DNA from: Candidatus Altimarinota bacterium
GTDB taxonomy: Bacteria; Patescibacteriota; Gracilibacteria; JBDHUY01
Direction of reading: 5' to 3'
Length of the DNA stretch: 64,000 nucleotides
NCBI GenBank assembly: GCA_039809385.1
Contig: JBDHUY010000006.1
Span: forward strand, 43,528-107,527
Positions 9,925 through 19,975 of this stretch are shown here, piece by piece. Made by a program: the position numbers and the translations under genes. Position 1 is the first letter of the stretch; each line of letters begins with the position of its first letter. A model generated the notes under the pieces. The model saw nothing but the letters and a program-made list of their open reading frames with translations, had not been told where the DNA came from and ran no database searches.

Positions 9925-11574
9925 ATGAAGCCAAGAATTGAAATTAATAGCCAACGGATCAGGCAAGATTTTTCTGAAAAGTATTCGGATTTTTTTACTT
10001 ACCAGGATACGGTCATTCGCACTCCTTTAACTATACCGATTTTATCAGTAAAACATAAGGGAATTATAGATATTTCCTCGATCAGGTTGAAACTTCCGGT
10101 AGATATGTGGGTGGGTACCAGAATAGCTATTTCTCAGAAAACGGAAGTGGAAATAGAATATTTTAATCCTCTCAAAAACAGCTTTGATGTCTATAAAAAT
10201 ACAGACATTCGCGAAAAGATTTTATATGGATTACTCAAACTGCGCCAGTATTTTGATTTTAACGATCAAACAGGAATTTCTATAAAAGTACTGATGGAAA
10301 ATGAGGTGGAATTAGATCATATTTTGCCAAGTATATGCCTCCTTATATGTCTTCTATTGGCTATTAACTTGGAAAAAGTTACTGTGCCTCCTCATCGAAG
10401 TATTTCTTTGACATCAGAGGAAAAGAAGCTTTTATTGAACCTATTACGTCAATTTGATAATAACGAACGATTCCTGCAAGAAGCATGGGGGTCCTTCTCT
10501 CCATCATTAGGCCTTGTATATGAAAGATCAGCACCACTAGCAGATACTATCGATCATATGATAGGTATGGAAAAGAGCTTTTCTCCTGCAACAAACGATC
10601 TTCCCTTTGATATTTACTACTTTTCCTACGGTGAGACTCAAAATAATACTAAAGATTCATCTTCTACAAGGAAAAAACTTACCACGTATATTGAACTGGG
10701 AAGAAAACATCTGGGAAGTTATAATTTACCCAAAAATACCACCGTGCGCTATACGGACTTAATAGAAGATATCGCCATTGCAGTATGGTTTCAAATAGGT
10801 ATAAACTTGGAGAATCCATTGGACATCAAAGAAACTTTGTCTTTGATCCAAGACCTTAAGCTTTTCAACTTGCTACAGGAAGTCGAAGAAGGCATCAGTA
10901 TTTCTACTTCGATCACGGAAACCATATCGCATTATCTCGGCAGCGATTTTTGTCTAGCTTCTTATCCTCAATCTAGATTTTGTATATTAATTACACCTCA
11001 AGGCTCGAAATATCGAGATCTTGTAGCAAAAGCTTTTGAAGATTTATATGAAAAAGATACTCTTTTCCATATAAACTATCTTTCGTTTCAGGATGGAATA
11101 GGAGATGGGGGAATAACATTGGAAAAAAATATATTTCAGGATTTATACTCGAAACATGAAGAGAATAAAAGTTTACTCATCAAGGATAGTTATGACCGTA
11201 TTACGTATGCTCAAAGTCTGGATGAAGTTCTTAATAGAAATTATGATATCTTACTCAATCTCATCGAAAATAAAATATATATCCAGAGCAAAGGAATTAC
11301 CTCCAAAGAGCTTCACAGTCAGCGGATGACGATTGATATCATAAAAACTCTCCTCTCACAAAAAGGACAGGAAATAAGTAACCAAGATCTACCTGCTTCA
11401 GCTTATGCCGAAAGCAAAAACGAAATGACGGGAAAGATTATTATTCCTCTTAAAAAGATAGTGAAAGAAAAAACTGGAAAAGATTTATTGCTATCATGTC
11501 ATGGCTCTAACACACACTTCTTTCTGAAACTAGCCATAACAAATATAAGCATAGCACAAATGAGTAGAAGGTAA
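9925..11574 (+). CDS. Hypothetical protein with probable C-terminal OmpR/PhoB-like winged helix
   Basis: The last ~100 aa (LLNLIENKIYIQSK..TSKEL...IIKTLLSQKGQEISNQDL...KNEM.GKIIIPLKKIVK) follow the Trans_reg_C pattern. The N-terminal 440 aa are unassigned, possibly a degenerate GHMP-kinase-like fold. Confidence 0.6.
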   Translation: MKPRIEINSQRIRQDFSEKYSDFFTYQDTVIRTPLTIPILSVKHKGIIDISSIRLKLPVDMWVGTRIAISQKTEVEIEYFNPLKNSFDVYKNTDIREKILYGLLKLRQYFDFNDQTGISIKVLMENEVELDHILPSICLLICLLLAINLEKVTVPPHRSISLTSEEKKLLLNLLRQFDNNERFLQEAWGSFSPSLGLVYERSAPLADTIDHMIGMEKSFSPATNDLPFDIYYFSYGETQNNTKDSSSTRKKLTTYIELGRKHLGSYNLPKNTTVRYTDLIEDIAIAVWFQIGINLENPLDIKETLSLIQDLKLFNLLQEVEEGISISTSITETISHYLGSDFCLASYPQSRFCILITPQGSKYRDLVAKAFEDLYEKDTLFHINYLSFQDGIGDGGITLEKNIFQDLYSKHEENKSLLIKDSYDRITYAQSLDEVLNRNYDILLNLIENKIYIQSKGITSKELHSQRMTIDIIKTLLSQKGQEISNQDLPASAYAESKNEMTGKIIIPLKKIVKEKTGKDLLLSCHGSNTHFFLKLAITNISIAQMSRR

Positions 11575-11686
11575 AAAATAGAAGGTCTTTATACTTAAAA
11601 TACCTGCGAATTTATAAATTTCTTATAAAAAAATCTTTGCAAGACTATTCTTTTGTTCTATCCTAACAACTGAACTTACGTGCTGT

Positions 11687-12568
11687 ATGGAGAAATTACA
11701 AACGATCAGTACATCTTTTGAAAAACTGAAAAGCCTTATTTCTCGAAAAGATAAGGAGTTTTTTGAAAAGGCACATTTATTTGCCGCAAAAGCCCACGAA
11801 GGCCAAAAGAGAATTACCGGAGAACCGTATATAATCCATCCGCTGGAAGTAGCTTTTTTGGTACATAAGAAATTTGGTGATATAGAGATGACTGCCGCGG
11901 CTTTATTACACGATGTAGTTGAAGACTGCAATGTTGAGGTAGAAAAGATATACACCAATTTTGGCAATACTGTAGGATTTCTGGTAGACGGACTTACAAA
12001 GACGAGAAAAAACTTTTACCAGAAAAAAAAACCTGTTTTTGAAGACAAGATTGAAAGATTGCTGTGGGCAGGTATACAGGATGTACGGGTCTTATTGGTC
12101 AAAATAGCCGATCGAACAAATAACATTGAAACGCTTGAAAAACTCAAGGACTCAAAGCAAGTTCGGATGGCATTTGAAACGCAAGCCATTTATCAGCCGA
12201 TGATTAAGATTTTGCACTGGCAGCTTAATATCTCGTTACAAGACACGACGAATACTTTCCACAAGTATCTCTCCGCAAAACATATTTCAGACGAGAAGCA
12301 ATTTAAAGAATTGTTATATAAACAAACTTTCCAGAATTTTACGGGAAATATGTATGATTATGTGTACAATAATTCAAGCAAGATTATATGGGAAATCAAC
12401 GATTTTAAATGGTACCATCAACTATGCCAAGATAAAGAATTTGCAAGAAAGATCCAACCAATCTCTCTGTGGGCTACGAATACAAATTTCAAGGCCATAT
12501 TCTACTTTAAACAAGGATTTATCATTGATAATATTGAATCGTCGATCAAACTCGTAAATTCACTCTGA
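11687..12568 (+). CDS. Stand-alone RelA/SpoT-type HD hydrolase (small alarmone hydrolase-like) with a novel C-terminal domain
   Basis: AHEGQKRITGEPYIIHPLEVA, AALLHDVVED, LVDGLTK, VKIADR..N; no synthetase motifs. Confidence 0.85.
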   Translation: MEKLQTISTSFEKLKSLISRKDKEFFEKAHLFAAKAHEGQKRITGEPYIIHPLEVAFLVHKKFGDIEMTAAALLHDVVEDCNVEVEKIYTNFGNTVGFLVDGLTKTRKNFYQKKKPVFEDKIERLLWAGIQDVRVLLVKIADRTNNIETLEKLKDSKQVRMAFETQAIYQPMIKILHWQLNISLQDTTNTFHKYLSAKHISDEKQFKELLYKQTFQNFTGNMYDYVYNNSSKIIWEINDFKWYHQLCQDKEFARKIQPISLWATNTNFKAIFYFKQGFIIDNIESSIKLVNSL

Positions 12569-12575
12569 CTTTTAT

Positions 12576-13538
12576 ATGGGATTCCTCAAGACTCTAATAT
12601 CGGATGCAAAACTGGAAATAGACCTCCTAGAGAACTTAAAAAGCAGAACGATAGAACAAAAACACTTATACACTGGTAACGGAGCTAAGAGATTTTATGT
12701 AGTAGGATATAAGCCACGCAACTTTTTCAAAGCTCATTCAGATCCTCAAGATGAGTTCGTTTTTTTAGAACAATCGTACCTTAGGTCTAACCAAAATTTT
12801 ACGCTCATATCTTTAGGATGCGGCAATGGTCAAAGAGAAAGAAACATTTTAAAGGGCCTTTACGACAATAAGTACCATTACACATATCTGGGAGTAGACG
12901 CCTCTCGCGACATGTTAAATCTCGCTGAGAAGCACTTACGAGATATTCCGGTCGAAAAGTTTTTTATCTGTTCTGACTTTACGGCACAGGATTTTATTCC
13001 TGAATTCAAAAATGTTATCAGTAAATATGATAGTAAGATATTTGCTTTATTGGGCTATACATTAGGGAATTTCAGAGCATCTTACATCATCAGTACACTC
13101 TACAATATCATTCAATCTCCCAATGATGCTCTATGGTTCGATATTATCTTACGGGAAGGAGTAGGGCATGAAAATGATCTTATGAGCTTCGATCATTATA
13201 AAAGCAGATTATCCGACAATGATTGGAATAGATTTGTATTCTCACCCTTGGAAGCTCTCGGAGTAAAGTTCGAAAGTGGCGAAATGGCATGCGATATGAT
13301 CTATGAAGAGGAAGCCGGAGTCATCAATTTCAGGTTCTCGTTTGTGTTCAAAACTAATACAGATATCGAAATACGTGAACAGGTAATCAAGATTTTGGGC
13401 GGTGAAAAAGTAGAACTCTTAAACATACGTCTATATGATAAAAACACCCTTATAAATTTTTTTAAGAGTCACGGATTCGTTTGCAGTAATTTTCTAAGGA
13501 AAGGAAATTTAGGATATTTTATGCTGAAGAAAGCATAG
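12576..13538 (+). CDS. EgtD-like SAM-dependent methyltransferase (Methyltransf_33-like)
   Basis: QKHLY, SLGCGNG, YLGVDASRDML, DF, LG.TLGNF, and a C-terminal GEKVEL...R.Y pattern as in EgtD/EasF. Confidence 0.7.
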   Translation: MGFLKTLISDAKLEIDLLENLKSRTIEQKHLYTGNGAKRFYVVGYKPRNFFKAHSDPQDEFVFLEQSYLRSNQNFTLISLGCGNGQRERNILKGLYDNKYHYTYLGVDASRDMLNLAEKHLRDIPVEKFFICSDFTAQDFIPEFKNVISKYDSKIFALLGYTLGNFRASYIISTLYNIIQSPNDALWFDIILREGVGHENDLMSFDHYKSRLSDNDWNRFVFSPLEALGVKFESGEMACDMIYEEEAGVINFRFSFVFKTNTDIEIREQVIKILGGEKVELLNIRLYDKNTLINFFKSHGFVCSNFLRKGNLGYFMLKKA

Positions 13539-13586
13539 AAATCAGAACATATATACCGTAACAAGCTTATATACCCAAAGCCGATC

Positions 13587-15701
13587 CTATTTCTCCACCT
13601 CCACCTTCTTTACGCTTTTATTCTCACTGAACTTCTTTTTCAAATCTTCGAAACGGGCAAAGATTTTTTCGGAGACTTGGCAGACGATGAAACACTCTCC
13701 GCCCTCCGGACTTTTTTCTAACGTCATGTCCTCGAGTTCCACATCGATCGTATCGAGGCAGGCAAGCAATTCGCGCAGAATTTTGTTGGAATCAGACAAA
13801 ATAACCTGTAAACGCAATGTGACCGCCGGTTTTTTCCAGGCCGCAGGTAAAATGCGACTCTGATCGAGCCCCTGTAAAATGCGACAATCGGGCCGATGGA
13901 TCGACATACTCTTCCCCCTGGTTACATAGCCGACAATTGCTTGAGGTTCTCTCGGAGCACAACACGCCGCCAGATGAAAATGCGCCCACGGTTCGCCAGC
14001 CACCAGTAAAGTTTTCCGGACGGTCATAAATCCTTTGGAGGCAGCAGCACTCGGGCGCACTTTTTTTCCTACGCCAAACAGCTTTTTGACCACCGAAGAA
14101 ACTGTAATCGAACCGTTTCCGATCCGTTCCAGCAAATCGGTACGATCCGTCAAAGACAGATCCCGGTCGTCATAGTGACGCAGGAGACTGAAATCGGCGT
14201 CGAGCACGGGACGTCCGAGAGCAATCAACTGTTCGTTCAACATCTGTTTCCCCTGGTATATCATCTCGTCCTGATTCTGTAGAAAGAACCACGCTTTTAT
14301 CTTGGATCGGGCCACATGAGTTTTGACGAAACTCAACCAATATTCGTTCGGTCCCAACGTATTCTTCGTCAGAATTTCGACAATATCACCGTTTTGGAGC
14401 TGATAATCCAGCGGGACGATACCGTTATCGACCCGGGCTCCCTTGACCCGGTGTCCCAAATCGGTGTGAATGACATATGCAAAATCAACTGGGGTACTAC
14501 CTTTCGGCAACTCTTTTATATCTCCTTTAGGGGTAAGTACATAGATATACTCGTTCACCGATGAAGAGGAAGAAACTTGATGAAATTCATAAACACTTTC
14601 GCGTTGGGCCAGAGAAAATGCCGGAGAAAGGGCAGACAATTCGGATCCGTGTTCTTTATACAAGTGATGCGCGGCCACACCGTATTCGGCTTCCTGATGC
14701 ATCACATGCGTCCGGATCTGAATTTCGGTCGGTTCGTGACGCAACTGGTGACCAATCCCGATCACGGTAGTATGCAGGCTTTGATAATTATTCGGTTTTG
14801 GAACGGCGATATAATCTTTGAAACGTCCCGACAACGGAACGAACCGATTATGAATTACCCCAAGAGCGGCGTAACAGTCGGACTTGTCGGGAACCAAAAC
14901 GCGTAGCGCAAAGATATCGTACAATTCGTCAATCGAAGCACGGGCTTTCTGCTCCATTTTTTTAAAAATACTGTACGAGGATTTGATACGTCCGGAAACT
15001 TCGGCGCTGATCCCGCCATTAAGCAGAACCGTTTTAACCTGCGTGATGGCCGAATTTAGAAAAGTATCGCGCTCCAGACTTTTCACATCGAGCTGTTGCG
15101 TAATATCGGCATACTCATCCGGGTAAGCGATTTGGAAGCTGAATCGTTCCAGCTTATCTTTCATCGAATAGATACCCAAACGGGCAGCGATCGGCGCATA
15201 CACATTCAGCGTCTCCAGGGCAATGCGGCGCCGCTCTTCCGGAACGGGATAATATTCGATCGTTTCCAGATTATGAAGACGCTCGCTAAATTTGATCAGC
15301 GCAAGGCGGTGATCCTGAGCAATGGCCATAAACAACTTTCGCATGTTTTCAATATTTTCTTCTTTTCCCTGATATCGAATCTTCCGAATCGAGGTAAAAC
15401 TGACAAGTAATCCGACAACCTCGGCATCAAATTCTTTCTGAACCTGATCGAGCGTCACAGAAGTATCTTCCAGCACATCGTGCAACAATGTAGCTTGAAT
15501 CGTAGCGATATCGGGTTTCAAATCCATCAAGTGCAGAGCGGCATGGAGCGGGTGGGTTATATAATCGTCGCCGGAGTAACGTTTTTGGCCGAGGTGCGCC
15601 CGCCAGGCAAATTCAAAGGCATGACGAATCTTTTCTTCCGTTTCGGGTGTGGGCAGGTAAGAAGCCAGATCGATAATACGCTGAAGCAGAGTAAGTGGCA
15701 T
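13587..15701 (-). CDS. relA: Long RelA/SpoT homolog ((p)ppGpp synthetase/hydrolase)
   Basis: HD domain (AHLGQKRYSG, HDVLED), synthetase (GRIKS.YSI..K, RFKDYIAVPKPN.YQSLHT, EIQIRT), TGS (TPVDFAY.IHT..G), CC (ACCAP, IHRPDC), degenerate ACT. Confidence 0.95.
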   Translation of the reverse strand: MPLTLLQRIIDLASYLPTPETEEKIRHAFEFAWRAHLGQKRYSGDDYITHPLHAALHLMDLKPDIATIQATLLHDVLEDTSVTLDQVQKEFDAEVVGLLVSFTSIRKIRYQGKEENIENMRKLFMAIAQDHRLALIKFSERLHNLETIEYYPVPEERRRIALETLNVYAPIAARLGIYSMKDKLERFSFQIAYPDEYADITQQLDVKSLERDTFLNSAITQVKTVLLNGGISAEVSGRIKSSYSIFKKMEQKARASIDELYDIFALRVLVPDKSDCYAALGVIHNRFVPLSGRFKDYIAVPKPNNYQSLHTTVIGIGHQLRHEPTEIQIRTHVMHQEAEYGVAAHHLYKEHGSELSALSPAFSLAQRESVYEFHQVSSSSSVNEYIYVLTPKGDIKELPKGSTPVDFAYVIHTDLGHRVKGARVDNGIVPLDYQLQNGDIVEILTKNTLGPNEYWLSFVKTHVARSKIKAWFFLQNQDEMIYQGKQMLNEQLIALGRPVLDADFSLLRHYDDRDLSLTDRTDLLERIGNGSITVSSVVKKLFGVGKKVRPSAAASKGFMTVRKTLLVAGEPWAHFHLAACCAPREPQAIVGYVTRGKSMSIHRPDCRILQGLDQSRILPAAWKKPAVTLRLQVILSDSNKILRELLACLDTIDVELEDMTLEKSPEGGECFIVCQVSEKIFARFEDLKKKFSENKSVKKVEVEK

Positions 15702-15786
15702 AGGGACAGAACAAAAATTCCGGTGCAGACATATTCATTTTACTATACCATATATGAGCGAAACATAAAACTTTCCGACTTCCTGA

Positions 15787-16560
15787 TCAGCGCCGTTGTT
15801 CATATTCCTGGCGGGACAGGATCAATTTTATTTGAGGATCGGGAAGATCGACTACTTGCACACCTTTGATCAGCGCTTCGCGGTTGGCCCGCACAAAATC
15901 GAGCCTGGAAGTGAAGAGCTGTTGTGCCAAAGTATATTTGGCACGCAGCGTTTCCAAAACTCGTACTTGGCTGGAAAGCTCTCCTGTTTGTTGTTTGGCA
16001 GTTAGAAAACGGTTGAAAGCTTCTTCCGCGTCCAGAGGTTTTTTCTGGTCGATGGTCGTAAAAACCCGAGTTTCCAGCTCGTTCTGCCGGGTCTGAGCCT
16101 GGTCTAACACAGAAGAGAGAGAGGCAATCTGTTTTTCGAGAATATCGCCGCGGTCGCGGGCGGTAGTTTGTTGATGTACCAACTCCTCCTGATACACAGT
16201 CAGCGTATCCGCGCGGGAAGCAGAAGAATTCAATACATCCGGTACGTTAAGTTCCAGTAAAGAAGCCATTTGGGAAATACGTTCCACATCATCGAACAGG
16301 AAGCGGGTCGTGGCAACGTTGACCTCTTCTCCGGTCAAGAATCCGGCCGAAATACCCCGGTAAAATCCTCGTACCTCCTGAAGATTGCTCTGAAGCCGAT
16401 CTTCTCCGTTACCGATACTCATCGTTCCGCGAATACCAGTCCGATAACCGGAGGTATCGGCAACAGTGACGGCATTTCCTTCGAATGCGCGAGAAAGTCC
16501 AAATGACAGGAATTGGAGCAGAATAAAGAGCAAAGCGGCACCGAAAAAGTATTTTTTCAT
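15787..16560 (-). CDS. Hypothetical exported coiled-coil protein
   Basis: Signal-peptide-like N-terminus (MKKYFFGAALLFILL) followed by long helical heptads. Confidence 0.7.
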   Translation of the reverse strand: MKKYFFGAALLFILLQFLSFGLSRAFEGNAVTVADTSGYRTGIRGTMSIGNGEDRLQSNLQEVRGFYRGISAGFLTGEEVNVATTRFLFDDVERISQMASLLELNVPDVLNSSASRADTLTVYQEELVHQQTTARDRGDILEKQIASLSSVLDQAQTRQNELETRVFTTIDQKKPLDAEEAFNRFLTAKQQTGELSSQVRVLETLRAKYTLAQQLFTSRLDFVRANREALIKGVQVVDLPDPQIKLILSRQEYEQRR

Positions 16561-16702
16561 AGATTCGACGGTAAGAATCTAAAAAGGAAAGAATAATACA
16601 ATAAATATACAAAATGTCAATGTATTTTACAGAGCCGTAGCAAAGAGGGATAGAAGAGACAAAGATTGTTGCTATAATAGGCCTGTTTTTTTGTAATTAC
16701 TT

Positions 16703-17725
16703 ATGCGCTTACTGGTAACCGGCGGGGCCGGATTCATCGGTTCGAATTTTATCCGATATTGGCTTCGCTCGCACGAGCAAGATGCTGTGATCAACCTCGA
16801 TGCGCTAACGTATGCCGGAAATTTGGAAAATCTGCGGGATATCGAGCATTCACAAAATGAGAGGTATCAATTTGTTCAAGCCGATATTACTGACGAAAAG
16901 AGTATAACAAAAATCATAGGAAGCGAAAAACCTGACTGCATCGTCAATTTCGCAGCGGAGTCGCATAACAGCCTGGCTATTGTCAACCCGGGCGCTTTTT
17001 TTCGTACTAACGTGTTGGGAACCCAAACGTTACTGGAAGCTGCGCGTCAAAACAACATTTCGCGTTTTCATCATATATCGACCTGTGAGGTGTATGGCGA
17101 CCTGGATCTGGAGACAACCGAACGATTCAGCGAAACCTCACCCTACCGCCCCCGCACGCCGTATAACGCCTCCAAAGCCGGAGCGGATATGGCGGTGAGA
17201 GCCTATTTCGAAACCTTTGGACTCCCGGTCACTATTTCGAACTGCTGTAACAACTACGGCCCCTATCAATTTCCCGAAAAGGTCATTCCGCTGTTTATTA
17301 CCAACATTTTGTCCGGCGAAAAACTCCCGGTTTATCAGAGCAGTCAGAACCGACGCGAATGGATACAGGTAGATGATCATTGTCGAGCGATCGATCTTAT
17401 TTTGCACCAAGGCAAACTCGGTGAAACGTACAATATCGGTACCGGCATCGAGAAAAGCGTGGAAGAGATCGCCGCGCTGATTTTAAGCGCGCTGGAAAAA
17501 GATGAGAATTGGAAAATCTACGTCCCCGACCGGCCCGGACACGACCGTCGCTATCTGCTCGACAGCTCCAAAATCAAGCAAGAACTCGGCTGGCAACCGG
17601 AGATACCTTTTAACGAAGGCATACAAGCTACAATTCAATGGTATCAAGAACATCCGGAGTGGTGGCAACCCTTAAGAGCGAAACGACTCGTACAAGAGGC
17701 ACAATGGAAAAATACCAATAACTAA
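16703..17725 (+). CDS. rfbB: dTDP-glucose 4,6-dehydratase
   Basis: VTGGAGFIGSNF, DALTYAGN, FAAESH, YNASKA, NNYGPYQFPEK, DRPGHDRRY. The usual STDE reads STCE here. Confidence 0.93.
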   Translation: MRLLVTGGAGFIGSNFIRYWLRSHEQDAVINLDALTYAGNLENLRDIEHSQNERYQFVQADITDEKSITKIIGSEKPDCIVNFAAESHNSLAIVNPGAFFRTNVLGTQTLLEAARQNNISRFHHISTCEVYGDLDLETTERFSETSPYRPRTPYNASKAGADMAVRAYFETFGLPVTISNCCNNYGPYQFPEKVIPLFITNILSGEKLPVYQSSQNRREWIQVDDHCRAIDLILHQGKLGETYNIGTGIEKSVEEIAALILSALEKDENWKIYVPDRPGHDRRYLLDSSKIKQELGWQPEIPFNEGIQATIQWYQEHPEWWQPLRAKRLVQEAQWKNTNN

Positions 17726-17735
17726 TTAATATTTT

Positions 17736-18035
17736 ATGGAAAGTATTCTCCATGCTGTCACATTTTTTGTCATATATTTCTTCCTGTTTCCCGGGTTTTC
17801 GATCGGAAGCGTGGTTCCCTGTGAGTGGACTACGAATGATACTTTCGTTTTAAGCGTAGTTCTATCGTATTATTTATTTTTGATTGGTATTGGTATCCTC
17901 CTCTCTAAAAAGCACAAAAAGAAGAAAACCAATATCTGGCTTGTATTGACCATAACGCATTTGATCTTTTTCATTATAGGGATACCGTTAACATTTATGG
18001 CTTTCCGTTGTGTAAAACTGAGTATCATCTGGTAG
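17736..18035 (+). CDS. Small three-TM membrane protein
   Basis: 99 aa, three hydrophobic stretches, Lys-rich loop; similar to the next ORF. Confidence 0.65.
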   Translation: MESILHAVTFFVIYFFLFPGFSIGSVVPCEWTTNDTFVLSVVLSYYLFLIGIGILLSKKHKKKKTNIWLVLTITHLIFFIIGIPLTFMAFRCVKLSIIW

Positions 18036-18139
18036 CAAAAACAAAGCACACGTTACCGCACGTATCACTGTCAATTTAATGCAAGATACCTGCCTGCTCG
18101 ACAATACACTGCCAATACTATTCCTTTCCTTTTAGTTCT

Positions 18140-18403
18140 ATGGAAGCATTGTTACGCAGCCTTTTTTTATTCCCGGGGTTCATACCAGCATTCTTTTTTT
18201 CCTGTTCGGCTTTTAGATCTGATACGTTTAATCCAAGTATGCTAGTTTATTATATCTCGCTAACAGCCGGAGGGCTGATTGCAGTGATTTTTTTTAAAAA
18301 GAATCCCGGGAAAATATTGAAATACCTGCTTTTTTTCCACATAACTACCTTTATGGTGCTGATAATACCCCTATTGTTTATCGCACTCTCCTGTTTGTCG
18401 TAA
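18140..18403 (+). CDS. Small membrane protein, paralog of 17736..18035
   Basis: Shares FLFPGF, C, DTF, YY, H and C-terminal F.A..C with the upstream ORF. Confidence 0.65.
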   Translation: MEALLRSLFLFPGFIPAFFFSCSAFRSDTFNPSMLVYYISLTAGGLIAVIFFKKNPGKILKYLLFFHITTFMVLIIPLLFIALSCLS

Positions 18404-18483
18404 TATCTCTTTTACTCCTGTTATCGTCAGCCCTTTTTACGGCGTCAGCATTATATGGATCGCGTTTTATTATTCTCACTCCC

Positions 18484-19035
18484 ATGCATGTAACCAAAAC
18501 AGCTATCGAGGACGTATTGCTTCTGACACCCCGGATATTCCAGGACGAACGCGGCTATCTGTTTGAAACCTTTCAGCAACAAACATTTGCGCATGACACA
18601 GGAACGGATTACAGCTTTGTCCAGGACAATCAGGTATTTTCAAAGCAATATGTACTACGCGGCCTGCATTACCAGATACAAAACCCGCAGGGGAAGCTGA
18701 TCCACGCCATACAGGGGGAGATATTTGACGTAGCCGTCGATATGAGAACTTCAAGTAAAACATTTGGGCAATTCATAACGGTAACATTATCCGATAAAAA
18801 TAAGGATCATTTGTTTATTCCGCCCGGTTTTGCGCACGGATTTCTGGTTTTGTCTCCCGAAGCCACGATTATCTACAAGATGACCGAGTATTGGAAGCCC
18901 GAGTATGAACGGACCCTCACGTGGGATGATCCAGATCTGGCGATTCCATGGCCGCTAGGAAATGAAAGTCTGCCTGTTTTATCAACGAAAGACCGCGCAG
19001 GAACGTCCTGGCACGACGCTGAAAAATTTATCTAA
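18484..19035 (+). CDS. rfbC: dTDP-4-dehydrorhamnose 3,5-epimerase
   Basis: DERG.LFE, FVQDN, LRGLHYQ, QGKL, DVAVD.R, FIPPGFAHGF. Confidence 0.95.
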   Translation: MHVTKTAIEDVLLLTPRIFQDERGYLFETFQQQTFAHDTGTDYSFVQDNQVFSKQYVLRGLHYQIQNPQGKLIHAIQGEIFDVAVDMRTSSKTFGQFITVTLSDKNKDHLFIPPGFAHGFLVLSPEATIIYKMTEYWKPEYERTLTWDDPDLAIPWPLGNESLPVLSTKDRAGTSWHDAEKFI

Positions 19036-19052
19036 CCCTCCACACCAAAACC

Positions 19053-19895
19053 ATGTCAAAAAAGAAAGTTTTCTTGTTCGGCGCCCGGGGGATGCTGGGA
19101 CAGGCAGTCCGGGAGCAATTCGAACAGCTGTTCGATCTGACCGGATATGCGCATGCAGCATTGGACATCAACGATGAACCTGCTGTCTGGAAAGCTGTGG
19201 AAGAAAAAAATCCTGAGATTCTGATCAATTGCGCCGGGTATACCAATGTCGACCAGTGCGAAGCGTCTCCGGAGGTGGCATTTCAAGTAAACGGACTGGC
19301 TTTAAAAGCGGTCTCACAGGCCGCCAGGCATGTCGGAGCAAAGTTGATTCACATCTCTACCGATTACGTATTTGACGGTTCTGACGAGGCGTATGACGAG
19401 ATCGCAGTAAAAAATCCGTTATCTGTATACGGACAATCGAAAAGCGTCGGAGAAGATCTGCTACTGGAAACATACCCCGAAGGAAGCTATATTCTGCGAA
19501 CCGCCTGGCTGTTTGGACCTGGAGGCAAGAACTTCGTAAATACCATGCTGGACCTGGCAGCTAAAGGCGAACCGGTGCGGGCGGTGACCGATCAAGTGGG
19601 ATCTCCTACATACACGGTCGACCTGGCAGCCATGATAAGACTTCTGATAGAGAGCGATCGTCCCGCCGGTATATACCATGTCACCAATACCGGTTACTGC
19701 AACTGGCTGGAGTTCGCAACATATATTTTTCAGACCTATAATCCGGCCCAACTCATCACTCCGGTTACCTGGTCCGACCTGAAGCGCCCGGCACAGCGCC
19801 CCTCACGGGTAATCCTACAGAACACAAAACTACCTCCGTTACGCCCTTGGCAGGATGCCCTCGGAGACTATTTAGCAAAAATACAGACCGCCTAA
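19053..19895 (+). CDS. rfbD: dTDP-4-dehydrorhamnose reductase
   Basis: GARGMLG, YTNVD.CE, HISTDYVFDG, YGQSK..GE, DQVGSPTY, RPA.RP. Confidence 0.95.
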   Translation: MSKKKVFLFGARGMLGQAVREQFEQLFDLTGYAHAALDINDEPAVWKAVEEKNPEILINCAGYTNVDQCEASPEVAFQVNGLALKAVSQAARHVGAKLIHISTDYVFDGSDEAYDEIAVKNPLSVYGQSKSVGEDLLLETYPEGSYILRTAWLFGPGGKNFVNTMLDLAAKGEPVRAVTDQVGSPTYTVDLAAMIRLLIESDRPAGIYHVTNTGYCNWLEFATYIFQTYNPAQLITPVTWSDLKRPAQRPSRVILQNTKLPPLRPWQDALGDYLAKIQTA

Positions 19896-19906
19896 GCGCT
19901 TTCCGA

Positions 19907-19935
19907 TTGACCGGAATCGCGTTTACGGGTAAGAT
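19907..19935 (+). promoter_or_regulatory. Sigma70 promoter of infC-rpmI-rplT
   Basis: TTGACC-17 bp-TAAGAT. Confidence 0.65.
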
Positions 19936-19975
19936 ATTCTGCGCACGAAGTATATTTCCTTACTTTCACACCTTT

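Noticed and set aside
12576-13538. Ergothioneine biosynthesis cluster
   Set aside because: No egtB, egtC or egtE nearby, and the methyltransferase motifs are divergent.
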